From IMG/VR virus record IMGVR_UViG_3300029142_000003, positions 1-50,263 of that record: a stretch of DNA of 50,263 nucleotides; one strand, 5' to 3'. Below are positions 33,676-42,021 of this stretch, piece after piece. Origin of the DNA: a virus. The position numbers were made by a program, and so were the translations under genes. Numbering within the stretch: the stretch's first letter is position 1; each line of letters starts with the position of its first letter. A model generated the notes under the pieces. It was not told the origin of the DNA. It saw only the letters and a program-made list of their open reading frames with translations, and did not search any database.

Positions 33676-36600
33676 CTATTTCTCATAAGTTGGACCAAGT
33701 ACCCACTCTAGTGGGGTTGGATCGTTACCACTGAGAGCGTCATCTATGTTAGTGGCCTGCTTGTTGATGAACCCTGACGGATATTTAAACAGGGCACCAA
33801 AGAAGTTGTTCAGCTTTTTACCATCGCGCAGTAGACTGAAGTCATCTTCTAGAATAGCACCGACCACTTCGAATGGCTCACCAAGCACAGCAGCCAAGGC
33901 CCCTTGGGACTCGAAGCCTTTAAGTGCCGAAGCACCTGTACGGATGAACGGGATACCGCCAAGTCCAGTAGCCAAGGTCTCCTGTAGCATCCAGCCAGGA
34001 AGCTCGCTCTCATCATCAGGCAGCTGGCCGCTGACTGTAGCAGCAACCATAGCCTCGAACCAGTACAACAATGCCATGTCAGCAATTAATTTAGACAGTG
34101 ACTTGGGGTCTTTGAAGTCTGTTGATCTAAACTTTTCACTAGCAACATTGGTCTTAGCGATGAAGTAGGACGACAGGGTAGAGAAGGACCTGACCAGTTC
34201 ATTCTGTCTAGCTGATCTAGAGATGGTACCACGTTCAAATGCAGATCGCTCTTGGAACACACCAGAACCTTGGGACCTGGATACTGTCCTGTCAGCCAAC
34301 TCGACAGCCTTCTCTTGGTTGTCGAACAGCTGCATACCTTTGTGGTAGCCAGCCAACCATGTGATGGTATCTACCATCTTCTGTGCTTTTCTGATGAACA
34401 GGAACAAGCTAGCCCTAGTAACATCCCCCACATTCTTAGGCAGGAACTTATTGATCACTGAATTTGAGAAAGCGTTTCTGGCATCCATGATGTCCTTATT
34501 GAAGGAGTCCTCACGGGAGGCCATGAACCCACTCTGCTCAGCAATAAAGTCATAGATGTTACCTTCACCAAACTGCTTAGCCCCCATGAAGGCACGGATA
34601 CCGTGAGCCATATTAGTGTGCCCAACCTGGACACTGGATTGCACAAGACCCAGGAACTGGACAGCAGCTACACCGAAGTTCCATCCTAGCTTACTGACAG
34701 TGAAGCCAGTACGTAGGTGTTTGATGACACGGCTGACAGCATCGTTATGAACGATCTCTTGGGAGATCACATCTCTCAACCACAGGTCTCCATACTCCCA
34801 GTAGTGCTTATAGCCTTGGTCAGTGAGGGCGTTACGAACATCCTCATGGAACCAAATCTTATATACATCGTTAACAGCGTCCCCCATCTCCAAGTCGTAG
34901 ATGACATTATCTAGATGGGAGTTGATAACGTGTGTACCGAGAGCTACATGACCAGCTCCTGGATTGGTACGAGCCTTGGTGTGACCACGAGCTGTGTGAC
35001 TCATGGCAAACTCACCACGCCTGACATTCATGATCAGCTCATCAATGTCCTGCTGATTGTACACGTCGGCTAGCGCCTGCTTATTGTCATACCTGATAGG
35101 AAAGTAACCACCTTTAAAGGTGCCGAACTTAGTGTCCACCTGCTGGGCTTCCACCTTGGCTACCTCGTTGTTGGTCCTCTCCCTGACTGTCTTTCTGATC
35201 TCAGGGAAGAATGAGTCCAGGTAGTCCCAAGTGTCTTGCACATATTGCCAGTCACGCTCTGATGCGAAATCCTTAATGGCATCGATCTCGGCCTGTGTGA
35301 CAGTACCGCTTTCAATCAGTGCGTCAATGTTCCCCTGGTTACCCAGGTTCAGCATCACACCAAGCATCCTATCCTTGGTCATCTTCTCGTCAATACCGGG
35401 GATAGCGATACGATCCTTCAGAGCATTACGCTCTTTGGTGGTGAAGTGCTTCTCATTGATGGCCTTCAGGTCCTTGGCTACCTGGAGCTGACGTCGGGTG
35501 TACCCCACCTGTCCCTCCTTATAGCCCTGGAAATTGGCCTTATCAATACGACCCTTCACCTCTTGCTGGGCAGGACCAAGATCAGCCTGACCATCCATGT
35601 TCTTCATGATAGAGTCCATGGTGAAGGCGATAGACGCAGCTGCCCTGCCTTGAGCTTTCCAAGTCTCCCACTTACTAGCATCTGCCTTAGCAGCACTAGT
35701 TTTAGGCTTCAGATTGTTGAAGATTTGTCGGGTGACATTGGCTACACTCAGCTTGACACTGGCTTGCTTCGCTCCCTCTCGGAGCTTGAAGACATCAGCA
35801 CCCTTCTTAGCCATCTCCTTCACCATCTCAGCAATCTCAGTATGCTGTTCTAAGGTGAGAGAGTCCATGCTTGTGGTACCGAACCTCTCCATGAGCTTCT
35901 CGTCCCTAGTTACAGGGTCGATCTCATGGTTGATGATCTTCTCAATACGATCAAAAGACTTCTGTGACAACCTGGGTTGGAAATTAAATCCATCAAGCAG
36001 ATCACGAATGGCATTGATATAGTCAATGTCCACGCTCTTGGTCTTCTTGTCATCAACCAAGAACTTTGACATGAAGTTCTTTTGACGGACCACCTTATCC
36101 TGGATAGCCTGAGACTCTTTGGCCATCTGGAAGTTAATCACCTGTTGGAACTTCAGTTGAGCAGCAAGCTGCCTGTCATTAGCTCTGACAGCCTTGCCCA
36201 CCTGTGGTCCAAGCCTCTTCATGTTGGCTAAGAACTTATTAACCTTGATGTCACCAACAGGGACAGTGGCCAATCGCTTCTTAGCAGCAGTCTTGATCAC
36301 CTTCTGAGACAGACGTCCAAGCCCCTGCTGTTCACGGAGGATATTGAGCTCCTGCTGTATTTGCTCCCCCTTAATCTCGTTGAGGGATACAGCACGAGCA
36401 GCCTCAAGGGAGGCAATCCTGTCATCGATATCAGGAAACTCCTTCTGGAGCTGCTCTCTGACACTGCTTTGCACAGCCTCCTTCAACGGAGGGGACGTAA
36501 TCATGTCCTCAACCATCTCTGTGGCATTGTCATACCCATGAATTTCAGCGAATAGCTCTAAATTCTGGGTCTCACCATCCTTCTTGGTCTCATAGATGGC

Positions 36601-38613
36601 TTTATTGCCATTCTTTGGGAGGGCCTGTAGGTCCGATTTAAGGCCCTTAAGGATTTTCTGGAGGTCCTCCCTAGGGAGACGTGCTGCATTGCCCTCCAGG
36701 GCCTTTACAGAGGCGTACACAGGCTGTTTAGAGAGGGTGTCAGTAGCCTCCGCTACAAGTTCCTTCTCTCTAGTCTTGAACTGCCCCTCGATAGCCCTCT
36801 TCTGACGCCTGAAGCTACGCTCTACATGGCCAGCAGCAGCCTTCTCTGAGGCTTTCTGAACAGTATCGAGGTAGGCTTCGAACTTCTTGGGATTGAGACC
36901 AGCCTCATCTGCTGTAGTGAACAGGGCTTTCAGCCCAAGCTCATGCTCAGCAAAGTCAACATCCTCATTGTGCTGGGCCACAGGCTGTTCAACCTCAACC
37001 CTCAACACCTCATCCTGGATACCAGAGGCAGCAAACTCCTGGGCTTCTGCTCCTGTGAACCCTTCCTCAGTCATACGGATGTTGTTAGCCAGTGACGGGA
37101 AGTTCTCGTTCTGCATCAAGGAACCAATCTCCTTGACACCAATGGTAACATCACCACCGAGTACCAGCTCCTCTTGAAGCTGCTCCCCAACACCTAGCTG
37201 ATCCAATGTCTGTTGAGGGTTCTCGGTTCTCTGAACCCAGTCACTTAGAGCCTCAGCTGGTACGAATACTTCAGTGATATCGTTCTCGTTGAACACACTT
37301 TCAAGATGTTCGTTGAGGATATCAGGCGCTCGGTCATTGATAGTGGATGCTTTGACAGCCTCATGAATGTCGAGCATACGTTGCTCAGCAGCCACAGCTT
37401 TACTGGCCTTGACCATACCAGTTGTGACAGCGTTGAAGCCAGGGCCAATCGGAGCCAACACACTCATGGCCTTGAGGGTCTCGATAGACACCTCTTTGAT
37501 ACGAGCGATTGCTTCCTCTTGGTTGAACTCCTCTGTCTCTCCTTCCTTGAAAGACTTGCCGAACTCTTCGCCAACAATCTGAACCACCTCTTGGAGGATT
37601 TCAGTCGTAACCTCAGCAGCAATACCTGAGCCAGTCTGTGCCACAAACCTAGCAGCCACATTTCTGGCTTCATCAGAGGACAGTGCTTCACGAACAGCCT
37701 TCTTGAAGATGTTCTTGCCAGCGTCCTTGAAGGGCTTCAAGATAACAGCAGCACTGCCAACTTCAAGCGTAGCATTGATGACACCCACAGCGTGGGACAG
37801 ATAGGCAGCTTCCTCTTTAGGAATGCCCTTCTCTGTCATTTCGAGATAGGCACCGCCACCTTCTACCTCATAGGCTGAGATAGCGAAGTGGCCAGTCACA
37901 CCGGCTAGGGTGCCAGCCGCAAAGCCAGCAGGGATAGTGGCTGGAGCCAAAGGACCGCCAGCCGCACCAAGGGTTGCACCAATACCAGCACCACCAGCAA
38001 TACGAACCACTGCCTGGGGCTCAGCAAAGATTTCAGCCTGCTGCCCAATCACCTTGGCAGCGCTAGTAAGATAGTTGACCCAGTCATCCCCTGTGTCAGT
38101 ACCACGTTTAGCTATACGAGCTCTGAACTTATCAACAGCAGCTTGTATAGCGGGGTTGTTGGGGTCAGCTCTCAGATCAGAGCCAGCCCTGTTAAGGGCC
38201 ACCTCGTCACGACCTGTATTGAAGGCGTTGACCAGTCTCTCGATAGCTGACAGGGACTCCACATCATCGTGAGCCACAGCAGCATTGTTGGGATTGGCGA
38301 TAAACCTACGAGTGACAGGAGTGTCAGATGTCTCCTGGTCAATCTGGTTGACCCTGTTGACAGCCTCCGCCTCTTCAGGCGCAGACCTAACAGTATCTTC
38401 CTCCAACCCAGTATCTCTTGAGAGATCACGAACTCTGGTCTCTTTCTCTGGGCTCTCCTTGACAACACTGTGCATAACATCAGTGTTAACCTTAGGAGTT
38501 CCTCTGTCGATTAAGAAACCAGAGCTACCAGCAGGTACGTCAGTGACACCACCTGGGGTAACCGGCTGTCCGTTCTCACCACCTTCAATCAAAAAGGGCA
38601 TATTAACCTTCAA
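33676..38613 (-). CDS. giant virion-associated protein (1645 aa), probable internal/ejection protein
   Basis: Follows the lysozyme-bearing internal protein. Has a Gly/Ala-rich hydrophobic block (GGAGIGATLGAAGGPLAPATIPAGFAAGTLAGVTG). No catalytic domain recognised. Confidence 0.45.
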   Translation of the reverse strand: MKVNMPFLIEGGENGQPVTPGGVTDVPAGSSGFLIDRGTPKVNTDVMHSVVKESPEKETRVRDLSRDTGLEEDTVRSAPEEAEAVNRVNQIDQETSDTPVTRRFIANPNNAAVAHDDVESLSAIERLVNAFNTGRDEVALNRAGSDLRADPNNPAIQAAVDKFRARIAKRGTDTGDDWVNYLTSAAKVIGQQAEIFAEPQAVVRIAGGAGIGATLGAAGGPLAPATIPAGFAAGTLAGVTGHFAISAYEVEGGGAYLEMTEKGIPKEEAAYLSHAVGVINATLEVGSAAVILKPFKDAGKNIFKKAVREALSSDEARNVAARFVAQTGSGIAAEVTTEILQEVVQIVGEEFGKSFKEGETEEFNQEEAIARIKEVSIETLKAMSVLAPIGPGFNAVTTGMVKASKAVAAEQRMLDIHEAVKASTINDRAPDILNEHLESVFNENDITEVFVPAEALSDWVQRTENPQQTLDQLGVGEQLQEELVLGGDVTIGVKEIGSLMQNENFPSLANNIRMTEEGFTGAEAQEFAASGIQDEVLRVEVEQPVAQHNEDVDFAEHELGLKALFTTADEAGLNPKKFEAYLDTVQKASEKAAAGHVERSFRRQKRAIEGQFKTREKELVAEATDTLSKQPVYASVKALEGNAARLPREDLQKILKGLKSDLQALPKNGNKAIYETKKDGETQNLELFAEIHGYDNATEMVEDMITSPPLKEAVQSSVREQLQKEFPDIDDRIASLEAARAVSLNEIKGEQIQQELNILREQQGLGRLSQKVIKTAAKKRLATVPVGDIKVNKFLANMKRLGPQVGKAVRANDRQLAAQLKFQQVINFQMAKESQAIQDKVVRQKNFMSKFLVDDKKTKSVDIDYINAIRDLLDGFNFQPRLSQKSFDRIEKIINHEIDPVTRDEKLMERFGTTSMDSLTLEQHTEIAEMVKEMAKKGADVFKLREGAKQASVKLSVANVTRQIFNNLKPKTSAAKADASKWETWKAQGRAAASIAFTMDSIMKNMDGQADLGPAQQEVKGRIDKANFQGYKEGQVGYTRRQLQVAKDLKAINEKHFTTKERNALKDRIAIPGIDEKMTKDRMLGVMLNLGNQGNIDALIESGTVTQAEIDAIKDFASERDWQYVQDTWDYLDSFFPEIRKTVRERTNNEVAKVEAQQVDTKFGTFKGGYFPIRYDNKQALADVYNQQDIDELIMNVRRGEFAMSHTARGHTKARTNPGAGHVALGTHVINSHLDNVIYDLEMGDAVNDVYKIWFHEDVRNALTDQGYKHYWEYGDLWLRDVISQEIVHNDAVSRVIKHLRTGFTVSKLGWNFGVAAVQFLGLVQSSVQVGHTNMAHGIRAFMGAKQFGEGNIYDFIAEQSGFMASREDSFNKDIMDARNAFSNSVINKFLPKNVGDVTRASLFLFIRKAQKMVDTITWLAGYHKGMQLFDNQEKAVELADRTVSRSQGSGVFQERSAFERGTISRSARQNELVRSFSTLSSYFIAKTNVASEKFRSTDFKDPKSLSKLIADMALLYWFEAMVAATVSGQLPDDESELPGWMLQETLATGLGGIPFIRTGASALKGFESQGALAAVLGEPFEVVGAILEDDFSLLRDGKKLNNFFGALFKYPSGFINKQATNIDDALSGNDPTPLEWVLGPTYEK

Positions 38614-40948
38614 TCATACGTTGGATCACCTTGTCTGCTCTGGTGCCAACTTGTTTCGCCCATTTGGATTTACGCATCTCCGACGCTGCAAGATTGTAAT
38701 TACCATTCTTGACTGCTCTGATCATTTTGGCGAAGTTCTTGAAGCCCTTGGGTCCAAGATTAAATGCCATGTCGATCAACGCCTGTTTGCGAGCACCGGA
38801 GAGGGCACTAAATCTATCTCCTACACTGCTACGAACAGCTTCCTCGGCTTCCTTCAAATCACGAGCAAAGAGCTGATCAGCTTGAGCTTGCGTGAGTTTG
38901 ACACTACCGTTTCTTACTGCTTCGAAATCAGCGCCCACAGACTGTAGACGTTCTTTAGCACCGGGTCGATCCAGATTAAATCCAATACCTACTGTCTTAT
39001 GGCCAAGAGAATCCAAATAGGTTTGAGCTCTAAACCCACCTTCGTTGGTGGATACGAATTGCTCAAGGTCAAGAGAATCCTGGGTGGCTAGTGCAGCGGC
39101 AGACTTCCTGGGCACAGGTACCGTCACTTTAGGGGATCGTCCAGGGAACTGGTCAACAACACCACGTCCACCGAGAGGACCACCATCAAAAATACGTTGC
39201 TGCCTCTCCCTGTCCCCTGTAGCCTGAGCCCCAAGGAACGCTTCGATAACCTCATCACTGGGAGTAGGCTTGCCCCTAGCTTCGAAGAAGTTGATGACCT
39301 CGTTCTTAGCTTCATCGGGGATATCGTCTAGGTCTATTCTAAATCCTGACCTCTCTTCTGCTGTCATACCTTGCAGCTGTGCTACAATTCTGTCTCGACC
39401 AAGACCACCAAAGATACCAGTAGTCTCAATCGGCAACATCAAACGACGTGCCTCGTTAGCAAGGTCAGAGTCTGTCAACACCCTGCCCTGGCTGGTTGCG
39501 TCTTGGATGAACGACAACATAGCAGACTTAGCAGCCTGTATCTGCTCCACCTTCGGGTTCTTATCCCCACGACGGAGACCAAACCCTTCAGGGGAGAAGT
39601 CAGCTAGGAAACGTTCAGCTCGTTTGAAGATACGGGAGGTCTCATTGTTCCCTCTCAGCACTTCTTGAGCAGCAGCAATAGCACTTTGCAATCTTCCGAA
39701 TTCAGACTCTGTAAGAGAGGCTTTGTAGTCATCAGCATTGAGGCGAGCTATCTGGGAGTTAGTTCCAGACGTCAGCTTCTGCAAGGTCTCACCATCAGAG
39801 ATGATGGCAAATGTACGACCTTCAGCAGTAGATACCACCCTACGACGCAAGGCTTCAAACTTAGTGGTATCTGATACAATGGTGTTATACAGGTCAGGGC
39901 GTTTCTGCCTGATAGTTTCAAGGGTTTCGCCATCATCGACCAAACGACCAGCTTCTTGGAATGCAGCATCAACAGCAGCAGCTTGAGCTGTAGCTCTACG
40001 CTTAGCCTCTACACTGATCTGTATCTCAGCTTCCTTACGTAGCTGGGCATCATCCCCAGATAGCTCCTTAGCTCTTTTGAGTTTCTTTTCAAAGGTGTCA
40101 AGAGTGGGATCACCGAAGACAGTGTCCTTGATATCAAACGCCATCTTCAGTCGAGAACTATCCTCTAGGGTTTCCACCATCTTATCCTTGACAGGAGCAT
40201 CAATAACAGCACCGAACTGATCAAGGATAGCCTTAGCGGCAGCTATATCACCGTTCTGTAAAGCAGAAGTGAAAGCTTGTGACACTACGAGAGATCGTGC
40301 CTCTTGCTGCTTACTGTTAGTTACCTCAGGAGCCCAGCCATTACGATCACCATCTTCAATGGCCAAGGCCGATGCCTCGTTCATGAACACACGGATCATA
40401 CTAGGGTTGTTAAAATTGGCGGCTGCCTGCTGAGCAGCCTCTCCCTTGGAGGTGTCGCTCAGCTCCTGAGCGTAGCTACGCTCTTGCCTACCACGGAACT
40501 GTTGTATCTGCCCAGCTGAGTTTGACTCTCTGGCAGACAGCTCGTTGAACAGGGCATTACCAACAGCAGCATCAGTTGCACCAAACTGCTGGATCACATC
40601 ATCCCTGATGGTCTCCATCTGTCTGACGATATTAGGCGTGGCATCAATAGCAGCCTTGCCACGAAGATTGAAGAAGCCCTGGTTCTGAGGTGTGCCATCA
40701 CCGTATAACAGAGAGTTGATACGATTGGTGTACTCCACACGACCAGCACTGATATCAAGCTTACGTTGCTTTTCCTGCTCTCTTGCCACAATATCTAGAC
40801 CAGTATCAGCCGCTTCAGTAATAGACTGACCAAGCTGCTGTAGTCCTGGCCCAGGCGAGAAAGCATCTCTGCTCACCGGACGTTGGAATACAGTAGGGTT
40901 GGCTGCCTGCTGAATACTCGGCTGGGTCCTAGTGGGTACTTGAGGCAT
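38603..40948 (-). CDS. internal virion protein with a C-terminal GH24 (T4-type) lysozyme domain (781 aa)
   Basis: Start moved to the ATG at 40948 (AAGGAGG 5 nt upstream, right after the upstream stop). C-terminal NEGGFRAQTYLDSLGHKTVGIGFNL... gives the E-D-T lysozyme signature. Confidence 0.7.
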   Translation of the reverse strand: MPQVPTRTQPSIQQAANPTVFQRPVSRDAFSPGPGLQQLGQSITEAADTGLDIVAREQEKQRKLDISAGRVEYTNRINSLLYGDGTPQNQGFFNLRGKAAIDATPNIVRQMETIRDDVIQQFGATDAAVGNALFNELSARESNSAGQIQQFRGRQERSYAQELSDTSKGEAAQQAAANFNNPSMIRVFMNEASALAIEDGDRNGWAPEVTNSKQQEARSLVVSQAFTSALQNGDIAAAKAILDQFGAVIDAPVKDKMVETLEDSSRLKMAFDIKDTVFGDPTLDTFEKKLKRAKELSGDDAQLRKEAEIQISVEAKRRATAQAAAVDAAFQEAGRLVDDGETLETIRQKRPDLYNTIVSDTTKFEALRRRVVSTAEGRTFAIISDGETLQKLTSGTNSQIARLNADDYKASLTESEFGRLQSAIAAAQEVLRGNNETSRIFKRAERFLADFSPEGFGLRRGDKNPKVEQIQAAKSAMLSFIQDATSQGRVLTDSDLANEARRLMLPIETTGIFGGLGRDRIVAQLQGMTAEERSGFRIDLDDIPDEAKNEVINFFEARGKPTPSDEVIEAFLGAQATGDRERQQRIFDGGPLGGRGVVDQFPGRSPKVTVPVPRKSAAALATQDSLDLEQFVSTNEGGFRAQTYLDSLGHKTVGIGFNLDRPGAKERLQSVGADFEAVRNGSVKLTQAQADQLFARDLKEAEEAVRSSVGDRFSALSGARKQALIDMAFNLGPKGFKNFAKMIRAVKNGNYNLAASEMRKSKWAKQVGTRADKVIQRMIEG

Positions 40949-40958
40949 TAGGCCCTCC

Positions 40959-41558
40959 TTAGAAGAAATTCCTGGTAGCAGGGTTAGCGATAACGTCAAA
41001 CCTAGCGTTAGCGCTAGCCAGCCCCCTGTTGAAAGAGGTAGTCTGGTTAAACTGCTGCCACCTCGACGCAACAGTTGAAGCCCCGCTGATAATAGACCCT
41101 GCTGTTGCGAAGTTTGCGGAGGTTCTTGCCTGCTGTCCCTGGAACTCTGATAGTTCTGCTTCAGCATCGAAGTTCATCCCTTGTGTTCTGAACCCTAAGG
41201 CTTCACGAGCCGCATTGTTCCGAGCACGAAGTTCGTCGAACTTACCTAGTTCAGCTGTGTCACCGACGATATCAAGGGCAGTTCCTTCGTCAACGACAAC
41301 ACCATTAGCTGCAAAGGCAACCCTTTGTCTGGCAGCCAACTGCTTAGCTTGTCGCTGAGCGAGGCTAGCTTCAACCTCTCCTCGTGCGATAGCGTCTTTA
41401 GCTTGGCGCTCTGCAATGATTGAATTGTTCCGTGCTACAGCAGCGTTGAAGTCGGAAGCCTTCTGCTGTGCTCTGGCAGCCTGTTGCTGCCCCACGACAG
41501 TGACGGCAGTACCAACGACTGCTAGCCCTATTAAGGCGATACTTGTCGGCTCACACAT
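40959..41558 (-). CDS. internal virion protein candidate (199 aa) with an N-terminal transmembrane helix and a coiled coil
   Basis: IALIGLAVVGTAVTVVG, then a Q/A/R-rich helix. Position is upstream of the ejection proteins. Confidence 0.4.
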   Translation of the reverse strand: MCEPTSIALIGLAVVGTAVTVVGQQQAARAQQKASDFNAAVARNNSIIAERQAKDAIARGEVEASLAQRQAKQLAARQRVAFAANGVVVDEGTALDIVGDTAELGKFDELRARNNAAREALGFRTQGMNFDAEAELSEFQGQQARTSANFATAGSIISGASTVASRWQQFNQTTSFNRGLASANARFDVIANPATRNFF

Positions 41559-42021
41559 TGGAAGACCTCATCTTGAATGGGTAGAAGGGCAGCCCGTCTG
41601 GCCCATATGCCTTAGGCTTCTCTATCTCAAAACCTAACCACTTAAGCCATTTAACTGCTTCTGTGTTTCTAGCATCCACTAAATTGAACACCATGATGTA
41701 TTGGGATTGGACGTGCTGGATGTAGCTACGATTTCTCCTGAGGAATGCACGAGCGTGCTTCTCTAACTCAGGCGTAGCTAACATCCAGATCACGCCGTAG
41801 CTACCGATGAAGGATAGTGGCACAACTCCGAATAGGCACACTACCCGACCGTCTGCTAAACCGGCCCAACATTCGTCGGACTCTTTCATGGACTTCATGA
41901 TACCCCTATGGGGGGTGGTTCTAGAAGCGGCCCACATTTCCCGGGCATCTGCTAATCGGAGATTCCTCGCGAGTTCTAGCCCATGTTCTTCGGTAGCGGA
42001 AACAATTTCATACTTAGTCAC
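41551..42021 (-). CDS. conserved podovirus tail/internal-module protein (DUF2833-like, possible GNAT-like fold)
   Basis: ECWAG..DGRVVCLFGV...GVIWMLATPE....FLRR....VQSQY....NLVDARNTEAVKWLKWLGFEI resembles a family seen after tubular protein B genes. Assignment is from memory. Confidence 0.4.
   Translation of the reverse strand: MTKYEIVSATEEHGLELARNLRLADAREMWAASRTTPHRGIMKSMKESDECWAGLADGRVVCLFGVVPLSFIGSYGVIWMLATPELEKHARAFLRRNRSYIQHVQSQYIMVFNLVDARNTEAVKWLKWLGFEIEKPKAYGPDGLPFYPFKMRSSNV

Noticed and set aside
40949-41167. The upstream extension giving the 854-aa form of the lysozyme-bearing protein
   Set aside because: The extension overlaps the 3' end of 40959..41558 by about 200 nt and is low-complexity. 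The ATG at 40948 follows the upstream stop and has AAGGAGG at ideal spacing.
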